Assembly: GCA_963782525.1 (NCBI GenBank)
Contig: CAWAKC010000001.1
Location: 352,001-416,000 of the forward strand
From: Candidatus Bathyarchaeota archaeon
GTDB lineage: Archaea; Thermoproteota; Bathyarchaeia; Bathyarchaeales; Bathycorpusculaceae
Length of the DNA: 64,000 bases
Reading direction: 5' to 3'
The first letter of the stretch is position 1. Every line of letters begins with the position of its first letter. The notes below the pieces were generated by a model. It ran no database searches and was not told where the DNA came from. It saw nothing but the letters and a program-made list of their open reading frames with translations. A program made the translations under genes and the position numbers. This document shows, one piece after another, positions 9,905-20,666 of this stretch.

Positions 9905-10516
9905 CTAAATTGTTCTTTTTGCACCACAGTTAGGGCACACAGTCAACGTTTGATCCATTAAGCCTTGGCAGTACTTGCATGGAATCATGACAACGGTTCG
10001 GATGATTTCTCTTTGCACTGTTGCCGCTTGAGCCTGCACAGTTGGCGCTATAACTTGGATTTCACTGGTTTGGGTCACCTTGTCGGGTCTGCCGTCTACT
10101 GCTAATACGCCTTTTATGGTCCATGTAACCCGTCGATCTACACCCGAATAGGTTGGTCTTGCACCTGCTGGAATGTTAATGTTAACTGGGACGCTGCGGT
10201 TTTCGCCGTTTGCAAAATGTGAGGGTCCGGAAAGTGCGGGTTTTGCACTGTAAATAACAGCTGTTTGATCTACAACTTGGGGAATGGATCTTTTTAGTGC
10301 GGGGTCGTAGACTTCTTTGATGACTTTAGCCTGTTCAATGCAGGCAATTTCGCATCTAACTTCTATGACATCGAATTCTTCTTTTGAAGCGATGTTGAGG
10401 GTTCCTTGAAGGTTGTCTCCTAACGTTACGGAGTGGTTGTTAAACATTAATTGGACAGTCGCGTCTGGGGCGGTGAGGTGGTTTGTGAATTTTTTGAATA
10501 ACCCCATAGGTAACAC
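9905..10516 (-). CDS. SpoOM/arrestin-like beta-sandwich protein with C-terminal zinc ribbon
   Basis: Beta-strand pattern (LQGTLNI, VNINIPAGARPTY, WTIKGVL) and CKYC...CPNCG. Confidence 0.55.
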   Translation of the reverse strand: MLPMGLFKKFTNHLTAPDATVQLMFNNHSVTLGDNLQGTLNIASKEEFDVIEVRCEIACIEQAKVIKEVYDPALKRSIPQVVDQTAVIYSAKPALSGPSHFANGENRSVPVNINIPAGARPTYSGVDRRVTWTIKGVLAVDGRPDKVTQTSEIQVIAPTVQAQAATVQREIIRTVVMIPCKYCQGLMDQTLTVCPNCGAKRTI

Positions 10517-11004
10517 CAGTCGTTGGTGGCTCGTTTATTCTGATTTCGCACTTTTAAGATTTGTGAATAGATCCTTAACTTTTGTTTTGGATGGGTGTGA
10601 GTTTGTGAGCAAAACGATGCGAAGACCCCTTCCTTGCCATTAAAACCTACGTATGTGTGTAGTACTGGCCCTCAACCTGTAAATTGTTTATATGGATTGT
10701 TTATACAATTTGTATATACAACAGCTTTATTTTTTGGCTAATTTCTTTTTTGTTTTGGTGGTTTGGTTGATTGTTGTTGCGACCAGTGTGCAGAATGCAG
10801 TTGTAACAACAACAACTTCTCTGGGCTTGTGCAGGCTCAACCACTAAACCTTCAAAAGAGCAAATACTGCAATTTGGGTTTAGTCTTGATAGATGATACT
10901 GTTGATGCGCAAAATTCGTTTGCATCATCATCAACTTCCGTTGGTTTTTTTGGATTTGGTTAAAACCCGCAAATTAAAATCAAGGTTCTGAAATACTTGA
11001 AACC

Positions 11005-11472
11005 TTAGCTTTCTTGTTCTCGTATAATTAAGCAGTCATGCACTGTGGCTATGAGTTCTTCGGGTTTAACTGGTTTGACTAAAAAGTCGTCTGCCCCATA
11101 ATCCGCAGCTCTTTTTCCAATTTCGCCGGTGGAGAACCCTGTAACGATGATCTTGATGATTTTAGTATCATTCACCATATTCAATAGAATGTCAGTGCCG
11201 TCCATATCGGGAAGCCTAACATCAACTAAACATACATCAAACTTTTCATGGTTAATTTTTTCCAAAGCAGCCATACCCGTCTCAGCCGTCTCAACAACGT
11301 ACCCTTCCCGCTCCAAAATACTCTTAAAAACCCTCAAGATACCTAGATCATCGTCCACTACAAGAATCCGCTTCTTTTCCGCACGCTTCTCTTTTGTATT
11401 CTGAACTACCAAAGTTATGCCTTCAATCTGCAGAAAATCTTCACTTGTTGAAAGGACAGGAATGCTGAACAT
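11005..11472 (-). CDS. Single-domain response regulator (receiver)
   Basis: ILVVDDD, DVRLPDMDG, VTG and KP motifs. The start is uncertain. Confidence 0.9.
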   Translation of the reverse strand: MFSIPVLSTSEDFLQIEGITLVVQNTKEKRAEKKRILVVDDDLGILRVFKSILEREGYVVETAETGMAALEKINHEKFDVCLVDVRLPDMDGTDILLNMVNDTKIIKIIVTGFSTGEIGKRAADYGADDFLVKPVKPEELIATVHDCLIIREQES

Positions 11473-11500
11473 GGATTTATCCTTAAAAAGATGAGTATGT

Positions 11501-11779
11501 TTAGGCCCAACTTCTAAGAGGCGCCAACGGAACAGTCCTCATCGCAACCACACCATCAATGGGGCGCACAATGTCACCGGCAAAATGCAGCGCATTCTCA
11601 TTAGTATCCGCCTCAAAAAGAACCGCAAAATCCCATTTGCCAAACACCTGATAAGCCTCCTGCAGCTTAACACCGCCCATCGGTTTGTCTTTCCACTTCA
11701 TTATTTCAGCATACAGCTTTCCTGATCCCGCAGAACCCAACTTTATGAAAGAAATGTACTTCTGTGTTGATTTTTCCAA
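11501..11779 (-). CDS. GYD/AsnC-ligand-binding-like small protein
   Basis: YQVFGKWDFAVLFEA matches the G-x-Y/W-D ferredoxin-like fold signature. Confidence 0.6.
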   Translation of the reverse strand: MEKSTQKYISFIKLGSAGSGKLYAEIMKWKDKPMGGVKLQEAYQVFGKWDFAVLFEADTNENALHFAGDIVRPIDGVVAMRTVPLAPLRSWA

Positions 11780-11863
11780 TTAAAACACCAATTAATGAAA
11801 ACTATGTAGTTACCGCTTTAAAGGGTATGTGGCTGGCTAACCACAACAACAGAATGGGATTTT

Positions 11864-12844
11864 TCAAAACTTTGTTAAATCGACTCTCAAACGCTCGGAT
11901 AGCTTAGGCAAGTCGTTTAGTATGTAGACAAACACGTTGCCTCTCCAATCGCCCCATCTTTTTATTGCCTCATCTTTGAGTGCGGGTATTGCATCTCGTG
12001 GGTTTTCAGGTGTTTTAGCATTGAATAGTACACTGAAGATTTTGGCGCTCCAAACATCGATTGGAAAACCTGTTCGTGGCATCACCAATTCAGCTGAGTA
12101 TTCGCCGATTCCCTGCAAGGTCATCAGTTTCTTTTTTGCTTCTTTGGGCGCCATACTATATAGCTCATCCATGCTGGAAAAGCCTTGAATTAGGGCAGTT
12201 GCGATAGCTTTGAGGTTTTTGGCTCTGTAGCCCAGTTTAGCTTTCTCTTTTAACACTTCAACCGGCGTTTTAGCAATGGTTTGGGCTGAAGGCCAGTAAC
12301 GGATGGTTTTTGCGTCGAACCTCACTTCGACGCCAAAATACTCCATCAACCAATCCATCATTTGGTTACTCCTCTTCATAGGCGCCATCTGTAGAGAAAC
12401 CGCCAAGATCAACGCTGGAAAAAGTTCAGGCCAACCAACCGTATGCATGCCATACAGGTCCTTGACGACGCCCTGCAGGATCGGGTCTTTTTGGCTGAGC
12501 TCATAGAAACCAGTCAGGTCCTCATCCACTTTTAGCGCTCTCTTCAACATCCGCGTTATTTTCTGTTTCTTGGAATCAATCGTTTTTGTTTGAGAATAGA
12601 CTGTGCAATTTATACGCGGTTTATGAACTGTTCCTATAGAATGCAGTTTCAAACCCAAGAGTTCGCCGTTAAAACGCGCTACGCTCCAGCAAGTACCATT
12701 CTCGCAGCTTTCTTCGGGAGTAGACCAGAACCAACCTGCAGGCTTGCGGAGGGTAAGCTCAAAGTTGTAGGGTGGAATCGCTTCAAACTCAATGTTGAAC
12801 ACGTCTTTTAGGTTCAATATTAAACCTCGACTATACAGATTCAA
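11864..12844 (-). CDS. AlkA/Ogg1-like HhH-GPD DNA glycosylase
   Basis: LGYRAK, HhH motif LQGIGEYSAE and FPIDVW. Confidence 0.85.
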   Translation of the reverse strand: MNLYSRGLILNLKDVFNIEFEAIPPYNFELTLRKPAGWFWSTPEESCENGTCWSVARFNGELLGLKLHSIGTVHKPRINCTVYSQTKTIDSKKQKITRMLKRALKVDEDLTGFYELSQKDPILQGVVKDLYGMHTVGWPELFPALILAVSLQMAPMKRSNQMMDWLMEYFGVEVRFDAKTIRYWPSAQTIAKTPVEVLKEKAKLGYRAKNLKAIATALIQGFSSMDELYSMAPKEAKKKLMTLQGIGEYSAELVMPRTGFPIDVWSAKIFSVLFNAKTPENPRDAIPALKDEAIKRWGDWRGNVFVYILNDLPKLSERLRVDLTKF

Positions 12845-13074
12845 GCAGGAACCGACATAAAAATAAAGCCTGCAGGGTGATGATGCATTTTTTTTAATCA
12901 GGGCTTAATCAGGAAGTTTCGGGCTGAAGTTTCACATAATATTTGTTTTTCTCAGAGTTGGAGATTAAGTAGCAAATTTTAGGGGATTTGTTTAGGTAAA
13001 CTCTCTTTGTACTGTAAATTGACAACCTTTATATTTCTATAAGAAAGTCAAATCTTTACAAAGGATGGACGATT

Positions 13075-15012
13075 ATGGGCAAATCCCTTACACGTAAAAT
13101 TCTTGAAAAACATTTGGTGATAGGCGATTACGTTCCTGGAAGCGAAATAGGCATAAAAATTGATCAAACTCTCACACAAGATGCCACAGGAACAATGGCG
13201 TACCTGCAGTTCGAGGCTATGGGTCTTAAACAGGTCAAGACGGAGCTTTCTGTCAGCTATATAGACCACAACACTATCCAAGTCGGTTTCGAAAATGCAG
13301 ATGACCACAAGTACCTGCAGACAGTAGCCGCCAAATATGGCATAATATACTCCAAGGCAGGCAACGGGATATGCCATCAAGTTCACTTGGAGAGGTTCGG
13401 CAAACCCGGCAAGACGCTACTTGGCTCAGACAGTCACACAACCACTGGAGGCGGCATTGGTATGATAGCCATCGGGGCTGGTGGATTAGACGTTGCTGTC
13501 GCGATGGGTGGCGGCGAGTTCTACTTAACATGCCCAAAAGTCTACAAAATAAACCTCAAAGGAGCCCTCCAACCATGGGTTAGCGCTAAAGATGTAGTCC
13601 TCAAGATGCTTGAGATTTTCACTGTGAAAGGCAACGTTGGCGTCGTAATCGAGTATGCTGGCCCAGGCGTAGGCAACCTTACTGTTCCAGAGCGAGCCAC
13701 AATCACCAACATGGGTGCAGAGATGGGTGTCACAACCTCCATATTCCCCTCAGATGAAGAAACAAAACGATTTCTCAAGGCACAGGGCAGGGAAGCAGAC
13801 TGGGTTGAGCTAATGGCTGATGACGACGCTGAATACGACAAGGTCATAGAGATAGACCTTAACACAATTGAACCTCTTGCAGCAGCGCCACATAGCCCAG
13901 GCAACGTCGTTAAAGTCAGCGACATAAAAGACTTAAAAATTGACCAAATTATGCTTGGTTCTTGCACTAACTCATCCTACAAAGAAATAGCAACCGCAGC
14001 CAAAATCATGAAGGGCAAAAAAGTTCACCCTGACGTTTCCTTCGGTGTTGCGCCGGGTTCGCGACAAGTGCTGCAGATGGCGACGAAAGACGGTTACATC
14101 GGAGATCTGCTGGATTCAGGCGCTAGATTACTTGAAGCGACATGTGGATTCTGTATCGGCAACAGCCAAAGCCCCAAATCAACAGGTGTTTCACTTCGAA
14201 CAAGTAACAGAAACTTTGAAGGAAGAAGCGGCACCGCAGACGCACAAGTTTACCTTGTCAGCCCCGAAGTTGCAGCGGTATCCGCAATCACGGGCAAGTT
14301 AACCGACCCTCGAAGCGCAGACATCGCCTACCCCAAAGTTGACATGCCCAGCGAATTCCTCGTTGACGACTCCATGTTCATCTTCCCCAAAGACGCAGAC
14401 AAAAACGTTGAAGTCATCAGGGGGCCCAACATCGGCGCTCCGCCAGTCAACGATAAGATGCCTGATGAAATCAAAGGTTTAGTCGGCATAAAAGTAGGCG
14501 ACAAAATCACAACCGACCACATCATGCCCGCAGGAGCCAGACTCAAATACCGCTCCAACGTACCTGAATACTCAAAATACGTTTTTGAACCCATTGACAA
14601 GGATTTCCCAAGACGCGCCATGGAAGCCAAGAAGAATGGCCTAGCTACAATCGTTGTGGCAGGCGAATCCTATGGACAGGGAAGCTCACGGGAACACGCT
14701 GCGTTATGCCCAATGTATCTGGGCGTCAAGGCAATCATAGCTAAATCCGTCGAGCGCATACACGCCGCCAACCTAGTCAACTTTGGCATAATCTCGCTTT
14801 CCTTTAAGAACATGGCTGATTACGACAAACTAGAACAAGGAGACGAGATTGAACTTCCCGACCTCAAAGCGAAACTACAGAATAACGAGCCAGTCACCTT
14901 AGTAGATAAGACCAAGAATCTTAAAATTGAGCTTGGTTACAATCTTTCCAAAAGGCAGAAAGATATTCTCTTTGAAGGCGGCTTGCTACCTTACACTGTA
15001 AAAGGAAAATAG
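13075..15012 (+). CDS. acnA: Aconitate hydratase (single-chain, about 645 aa type)
   Basis: [44 protein letters not shown] and GSSREHA. Confidence 0.92.
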   Translation: MGKSLTRKILEKHLVIGDYVPGSEIGIKIDQTLTQDATGTMAYLQFEAMGLKQVKTELSVSYIDHNTIQVGFENADDHKYLQTVAAKYGIIYSKAGNGICHQVHLERFGKPGKTLLGSDSHTTTGGGIGMIAIGAGGLDVAVAMGGGEFYLTCPKVYKINLKGALQPWVSAKDVVLKMLEIFTVKGNVGVVIEYAGPGVGNLTVPERATITNMGAEMGVTTSIFPSDEETKRFLKAQGREADWVELMADDDAEYDKVIEIDLNTIEPLAAAPHSPGNVVKVSDIKDLKIDQIMLGSCTNSSYKEIATAAKIMKGKKVHPDVSFGVAPGSRQVLQMATKDGYIGDLLDSGARLLEATCGFCIGNSQSPKSTGVSLRTSNRNFEGRSGTADAQVYLVSPEVAAVSAITGKLTDPRSADIAYPKVDMPSEFLVDDSMFIFPKDADKNVEVIRGPNIGAPPVNDKMPDEIKGLVGIKVGDKITTDHIMPAGARLKYRSNVPEYSKYVFEPIDKDFPRRAMEAKKNGLATIVVAGESYGQGSSREHAALCPMYLGVKAIIAKSVERIHAANLVNFGIISLSFKNMADYDKLEQGDEIELPDLKAKLQNNEPVTLVDKTKNLKIELGYNLSKRQKDILFEGGLLPYTVKGK

Positions 15013-15028
15013 AGAGGAGGATTTTCTA

Positions 15029-16246
15029 ATGCAAAAAATTGAAGTGAAAACCCCAATTGTAGAAATCGACGGAGACGAAATGACACGGGTAATGTGGAAG
15101 ATGGTTAAAGACCAGCTTCTTTTGCCCTTCCTAGACATGAACCGTGAATACTATGACCTTCAGCTAAAAAAAAGAGACGAAACAGACGACAAAATAACAC
15201 TTGAAGCTGCAGAAGCCATAAAAAAATACGGCGTCGGAGTCAAATGCGCAACCATCACGCCCAACAAGGACAGAGTTAAAGAATACAACCTCAAAAAAGA
15301 ATGGAGCAGCCCCAACGGAACAATCCGAGCCGTACTTGACGGCACCGTATTTAGGGCACCTATTTTAGTCAACAATGTTTTGCCAGCTGTCAGGTCTTGG
15401 AAGAAACCCATTCACATCGGAAGACACGCCTACGGTGACGTATACAAAAACTGTGAGTATAGGGTGCCAGAGGCGGGAAAAGCGGAAATGGTCTTCACAA
15501 GCGCCGTGGGCAAGGAACTCTGGCGAGGAACCATCCAGGACTTCAAGGGTCCAGGTATCATTCAAGGCATTCACAACACTGACAAATCCATAGCCAGCTT
15601 CGCCAAAGCCTGCTTCACTTATGCCTATGATCAGAAGCTTCAATTATGGTTCGGTGCAAAAGATACGATTTCTAAAACTTACGATGCTCAGTTCCGCAAG
15701 ATTTTCGATGAGGAATATCAAAGTAACTGGAAAGGCAAATTCGAGCAGGCAGGTCTTGAGTATTTCTTTACCCTAATCGACGATGCAGTAGCCAGAATAA
15801 TGAAGACTGAAGGCGGTTTGCTGTGGGCATGCAAGAACTATGATGGCGACGTTATGAGTGACTTACTGGGCTCAGCCTATGGCAGCTTGGCGATGATGAC
15901 CTCTGTGCTTGTAAGCCCTCAGGGATACTACGAATTCGAAGCCTCCCATGGCACAGTGCAAAAACATTATTACAAACATTTGAAAGGCGAAAAGACTTCC
16001 ACAAATCCTACAGCTCTGATATTTGCTTGGACGGGATGTCTCAGAAAAAGAGGCGAATTAGACAAGACTCCCAAAGTCGTGGAATTCGCAGATAAACTAG
16101 AAGAGGCAACTATTGAGACAATTGAGGGCGGCATAATGACAAGTGATCTAATGCTTGTCGCCATACCTAACCAGAATAATAGGCAGGTTACAACCGAAGA
16201 GTTCATTGATCATGTTGCGAAAAAACTTCAAAAGAAACTCAAATAG
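15029..16246 (+). CDS. icd: NADP-dependent isocitrate dehydrogenase (eukaryote-like subfamily II)
   Basis: DGDEMTR, KCATITP, SPNGTIR, GRHAYGD, NYDGDV and EASHGTV. GGAGG Shine-Dalgarno upstream. Confidence 0.95.
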   Translation: MQKIEVKTPIVEIDGDEMTRVMWKMVKDQLLLPFLDMNREYYDLQLKKRDETDDKITLEAAEAIKKYGVGVKCATITPNKDRVKEYNLKKEWSSPNGTIRAVLDGTVFRAPILVNNVLPAVRSWKKPIHIGRHAYGDVYKNCEYRVPEAGKAEMVFTSAVGKELWRGTIQDFKGPGIIQGIHNTDKSIASFAKACFTYAYDQKLQLWFGAKDTISKTYDAQFRKIFDEEYQSNWKGKFEQAGLEYFFTLIDDAVARIMKTEGGLLWACKNYDGDVMSDLLGSAYGSLAMMTSVLVSPQGYYEFEASHGTVQKHYYKHLKGEKTSTNPTALIFAWTGCLRKRGELDKTPKVVEFADKLEEATIETIEGGIMTSDLMLVAIPNQNNRQVTTEEFIDHVAKKLQKKLK

Positions 16247-16257
16247 AGGAAAACACA

Positions 16258-17571
16258 ATGGCCCATAAAGCAATCCGGGAAGCAGACGGCATGCGTATGC
16301 TTGCACGCCTGCTAAAAGATTATTCTGCTGGAAAATACGAGGTCTCCGACAAAATCGTCACTGTCACACCAGAGACGAACATGGCAGAGCTGCAAAAACA
16401 GAACCCGTGGTTAACAAGTGAGAAACTAGTCGTTAAACCCGACCAACTGATTAAGCGAAGAGGAAAGAACAAACTGGTTCTCGTCAACGTAAATTTTGAC
16501 CAGGCAAAAGCATGGATCAAAGAAAAATCAACTAAACCCATATCAATCTACGGCACTTTCGACAGTGACGGAAAACCCCTAGATAAAGGAATCACCGGAC
16601 AACTTACCCACTTCATAATCAAACCGTGTGCCTTCTACAAGGAATCTGACGAATGCTATGTCGCAATAATGTCAACTAAGGATGGCGACACTATCATGTT
16701 CTACCATCAAGGCGGCGTAAATGTCGGAGATGTCGACAGCAAAGCATCACGCTTGGAAGTTCCCATCGGCACCTACCCCACAGCCCAAGAAATCGAGAAG
16801 GAACTCCTCGAGAAACTGTCCGCGAACCGCAAAGCACGCGTTGCCGGCTTCATCGAAGCCCTATTCAAATTCTATGCTGACCTAAACTTCACCTACTTGG
16901 AAATTAACCCTGTCGCAGTCACCGAAGACGCCGTTATTCCGCTGGATCTTGCCGCGAAATTAGACAGCACCGCTCAGTTCGAAAGCGGCGAGAAATGGGG
17001 AAAAATAGAGTTTCCGGCGCCCTTCGGTCGCACTCCCACAGAGGAAGAGGCTTTTATTGAAGAATTAGATTCAAAAACTGGGGCATCACTCAAGTTAACT
17101 GTGCTCAATCCTGAAGGCAGAGTCTGGACAATGGTTGCTGGCGGCGGAGCATCAGTCATATTCGCAGACACAATCACCGATCTCGGCTTCATGTGTGAGC
17201 TGGCGAATTACGGCGAGTATTCAGGGGACCCAAGTGAGGAATTCACCTACCTCTACGCCAAAACAATCCTTAGTCTCATGACAAAAACCATGAATCCAAA
17301 AGGCAAGATCTTGCTCATCGGAGGCGGAATAGCAAATTTCACTGATGTAGCGGCTACATTTAAGGGCATAATCAGGGCGCTCGAGGAGTATCAAAAAAAC
17401 CTCCAAGAAAACATGGTCAAGATTTTTGTCCGCAGGGGAGGACCAAATTATCAGGAAGGGCTCAAGAAGATGAGAGCGCTCGGCGAGAAACTAGGTATAC
17501 CTGTTGAAGTGTATGGACCAGAGACTCACATGACCAGAATTGTTTCTATGGCGTTAAAAGGAGGAGACTAA
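16258..17571 (+). CDS. aclB: ATP citrate lyase, ATP-grasp/citrate-binding subunit
   Basis: KPDQLIKRRGK, LEINP, WTMVAGGGAS, NYGEYSG, GGGIANFT and RRGGPNY. Confidence 0.95.
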   Translation: MAHKAIREADGMRMLARLLKDYSAGKYEVSDKIVTVTPETNMAELQKQNPWLTSEKLVVKPDQLIKRRGKNKLVLVNVNFDQAKAWIKEKSTKPISIYGTFDSDGKPLDKGITGQLTHFIIKPCAFYKESDECYVAIMSTKDGDTIMFYHQGGVNVGDVDSKASRLEVPIGTYPTAQEIEKELLEKLSANRKARVAGFIEALFKFYADLNFTYLEINPVAVTEDAVIPLDLAAKLDSTAQFESGEKWGKIEFPAPFGRTPTEEEAFIEELDSKTGASLKLTVLNPEGRVWTMVAGGGASVIFADTITDLGFMCELANYGEYSGDPSEEFTYLYAKTILSLMTKTMNPKGKILLIGGGIANFTDVAATFKGIIRALEEYQKNLQENMVKIFVRRGGPNYQEGLKKMRALGEKLGIPVEVYGPETHMTRIVSMALKGGD

Positions 17572-17572
17572 A

Positions 17573-19405
17573 ATCCCAAAAAAGATTTCCAGCGAACTTT
17601 TCAATAAAAATACTCAATCATTCATTTACAACAACCAAGTCAACGCAACCCAGAGAATGCTGGACTTTGACTATGCATCACACCGCGAAACACCATCAGT
17701 TGCAGCAATAATCAACCCGACAGGCGCCGACAGCTTCTCCAAGTTCTTTTTTGGAACGCATGAGATTCTAATACCAGTTTACAAGAACATCGAGAAGGCG
17801 GCAAAGATGCACCCCAACGCTGATGTGATGATAAACTTTGCATCTTACAGGTCAGCTGCACCCTCAACTGAAGAAGCACTCGCTATACCACAGTTGCGGA
17901 CAATTGTAATAATCGCTGAAGGCGTTCCTGAAAGGAGTATGAAACTGGTCACAGCCAAAACTAAAGCGCTTGGAAAAGTCATTATAGGTCCGGCCACGGT
18001 TGGAGGAATAAAAGCCGGCTGCTTCAAGATTGGAAACGCAGGTGGAACAATCGAAAACATTATCGAGTCTAAGCTTCATAGACCGGGTTCAGTGGGTTTC
18101 GTCTCTAAATCTGGCGGCCTAAGCAACGAGGCATATAACATTGTTGCTCGGAACACTGACGGTTTGTACGAAGGCATTGCTATTGGCGGAGACACCTACC
18201 CAGGTTCCACTTTGCTTGATCATCTTCTCAGGTTCGAGAATATACCAGACATTAAAATGTTGGTTTGCTTGGGCGAAGTAGGAGGAAACGCAGAGTACGA
18301 GATTGCTGAAGCGCTAAAAACCAAGAAGATAATCAAGCCCCTGGTCATTTGGGTCACTGGCACCTGTTCTAAAGCATTCAAAACAGAGGTCCAGTTTGGT
18401 CACGCAGGTGCAAAAGCAGGTAACGCTGTGGAAACTGCTGACGCTAAGAATGCGGCTCTTAGAGCTGCTGGAGCAATCGTTCCCAATTCATATGACGATT
18501 ACGACCAAAAAATAAAGGAAACATATGAGAACCTAGTACAAAAAGGCGTAATCAAACCTAAGCCAGAGCCTCCAGTGCCAAAAATCCCCATGGACTACGC
18601 GAAAGCACTGAAGGAAGGACTCATACGCAAACCCTCAAATTTTATCTGCACAATTTCCGATGACCGAGGTGAAGAACTGCTTTACGGCAAGATGCCGATC
18701 TCCGAAGTGTTCAAAAAAGACATAGGTATCGGTGGAGTACTGAGCATTTTGTGGTTCAAACGCCAGTTCCCGCCATATGCAACTAAGTTCATTGAAATGG
18801 CGATTATGGTTACAGCTGACCACGGACCTGCTGTTTCGGGTGCGCACAATGCCATTGTCGCTGCGAGGGCAGGCAAGGACTTGATTTCTTCGGTTGCAAG
18901 CGGCATGCTGACCATTGGGCCTAGGTTTGGAGGCGCCATAGATGGGGCTGCTCAAAGTTTCTCTGATGCCTTCGACAGGGGATTAACTCCAGCCCAGTTC
19001 GTTGAGGAGATGAAGAAGAAAGGTGAGAACATTCAGGGAATTGGACACTTGATAAAGAACGTGAACAACCCTGATATGCGCGTCACAATCATGAAGGAAT
19101 ACGCGAAAAAACACTTCAAAGCTACACCGGTGCTAGATTTCGCGCTTGAAGTTGAAAAGGTCACGACAGCTAAGAAAGACAACCTCATTTTGAACGTGGA
19201 CGGCTGCATCGGAATTTGTTTCGTAGATCTACTGAGGAATGAGATGACAAAGCAGGAAGCTGACGAATCTATCCATATGGGCGCATTAAATGGCTTGTTC
19301 GTGCTGGGTAGAACTATCGGTATGACGGGGCATTTTCTTGACCAGAAAAGACTCAAGCAGGGTCTCTACAGACACCCATGGGATGACATTACATATATGA
19401 CTTAG
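17573..19405 (+). CDS. aclA: ATP citrate lyase, CoA-binding/phospho-His/citryl-CoA lyase subunit (probable ATC start)
   Basis: MLDFDY, IGPATVGG, QFGHAGA, DHGPAVSGA, GIGH and LNVDG. Homology continues 28 codons upstream of ATG 17657 to an ATC placed after GGAGG. Confidence 0.93.
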   Translation: MPKKISSELFNKNTQSFIYNNQVNATQRMLDFDYASHRETPSVAAIINPTGADSFSKFFFGTHEILIPVYKNIEKAAKMHPNADVMINFASYRSAAPSTEEALAIPQLRTIVIIAEGVPERSMKLVTAKTKALGKVIIGPATVGGIKAGCFKIGNAGGTIENIIESKLHRPGSVGFVSKSGGLSNEAYNIVARNTDGLYEGIAIGGDTYPGSTLLDHLLRFENIPDIKMLVCLGEVGGNAEYEIAEALKTKKIIKPLVIWVTGTCSKAFKTEVQFGHAGAKAGNAVETADAKNAALRAAGAIVPNSYDDYDQKIKETYENLVQKGVIKPKPEPPVPKIPMDYAKALKEGLIRKPSNFICTISDDRGEELLYGKMPISEVFKKDIGIGGVLSILWFKRQFPPYATKFIEMAIMVTADHGPAVSGAHNAIVAARAGKDLISSVASGMLTIGPRFGGAIDGAAQSFSDAFDRGLTPAQFVEEMKKKGENIQGIGHLIKNVNNPDMRVTIMKEYAKKHFKATPVLDFALEVEKVTTAKKDNLILNVDGCIGICFVDLLRNEMTKQEADESIHMGALNGLFVLGRTIGMTGHFLDQKRLKQGLYRHPWDDITYMT

Positions 19406-19487
19406 TAGAGGGAAAACTTGGCGATGCCGTATCGGATTTCCTTACAAGGCGGAAAAAAATGTTCAGCGTCTTGACATAACGAAGCTC

Positions 19488-19676
19488 TTAATCGCGGGAT
19501 AATCTCCTCAAACATCTTAGCCATTCCAAATGGTCATTTCCTTTAAGCCATTCAATATGAGGTTTTCCTTTCCCATTCAAAGGCTCAAACCGAATAAAGT
19601 GTCGCCCATCAAGGGTCCTAAACAATGAAGCCTTAAAATCGCCGAAGTCACTAATGCCTTCTTCAAGCTTTTCCAT
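19488..19676 (-). CDS. Small hypothetical protein (62 aa)
   Basis: ATG start with an AT-rich TATA-like upstream region. No motif. Confidence 0.45.
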   Translation of the reverse strand: MEKLEEGISDFGDFKASLFRTLDGRHFIRFEPLNGKGKPHIEWLKGNDHLEWLRCLRRLSRD

Positions 19677-19799
19677 TTTGAATCGCTCAAAAGAAAATAT
19701 TCTTTAAATTATATATAAAATTAACTCAAACACAAAGTTTGCCAATCAAGCTTCAAAAAATTTCACTGTAGAAGCAACAACCGACATAAAAAGCACAGC

Positions 19800-19917
19800 A
19801 TTGTCTGTAAACCGATCGTTTTCGGTATCTCAACTTGGGGATTATTGTAATACTTTTGGAAATCTTTTATTCATATAAGTCAACTTCAATCTATGGCTAG
19901 ATTTCTCTTCAGCACAG
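19800..19917 (+). repeat. Degenerate duplicate of the promoter and first codons of the PLD-like gene at 31044-31162
   Basis: Both copies share GGAAATCTTTTATTCATATAAGTCAAC-x-TCAAT-x-TATGGCTAGATT, with flanking similarity over about 120 bp. Confidence 0.85.
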
Positions 19918-20039
19918 TATTTTTAAAGGTCAATCGTTTCGCCGCCTGCAGCCTACTCTGTTTCTTCCACAAATCTCGGTTCGTTGGGTGTTGGGACAAG
20001 CGCAATTTTCACGTTTACTCCTGTTCGTGCTTTGCCTAC

Positions 20040-20583
20040 TTTAACGCTGGAGAATACGACGAAACCTTGACGTTTAGAGTTGACGCATACACTGATCAGG
20101 ATACTCAGCCGCCTACGCCAACCAAACATTAAACGTAGCCATCCATCATTTCAACCATACTGACGCTTCGTGACCGTGATTAACCATGACACCTTTGATG
20201 GAGCTGATAACAACGGTTGGGGTGGAGTAAACTGTGGAAAAACATCAGCGTATGGTTTTCTAAGTTCACCTTGCGCTTTCATGTGTGCATATGACCAAAA
20301 CCAAGGCTATTCCTGGCCTCGATACAAAAATTTTGTTGTTGGAAACTACACCAAAGTTCGCTTTGTGCTTCACATAAAGGCTCCTAACTCATATAATCAA
20401 CAATCTGTTGAGATTAACATTGGTGGCGTAGCTAAGAAACAAAGAGATGTGCACTTGCCTGTAGACACTTGGTGTCGTCTTGCTTACAACATGCCAGTGA
20501 ATAAAACAACCCTTGTTAGAGTGCACAGCCAAACTTACTCGGGTGCGGTTGTAATTGATGAGATTTGGGTTATCGCAAAATAG
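20040..20583 (+). pseudogene. Frameshifted remnant of a beta-rich hypothetical gene
   Basis: Three consecutive frames read as one protein: GEYDETLTFRVDAYT / YSAAYANQTLNVAIHHFNHTDAS / TVINHDTFDG...IDEIWVIAK. Confidence 0.4.
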
Positions 20584-20666
20584 CCGCAAAAGCTTCCTTT
20601 GCACGTTTGCCATAAACATATAGGCGCATTTGTTAAGCGCTCACATACCTTTTTTGATAAGTCTGT

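Noticed and set aside
10763-10963. Cys-rich ORF MVDCCCDQCAECSC as a RiPP precursor or metallothionein
   Set aside because: It has a weak TTG start in TG-rich low-complexity DNA, no adjacent modifying enzyme, and equally plausible alternative frames.
13075-19405. ACL as proof of reverse-TCA autotrophy
   Set aside because: The other key rTCA enzymes are not in the window, and ACL with aconitase and IDH can serve biosynthesis or catabolism.
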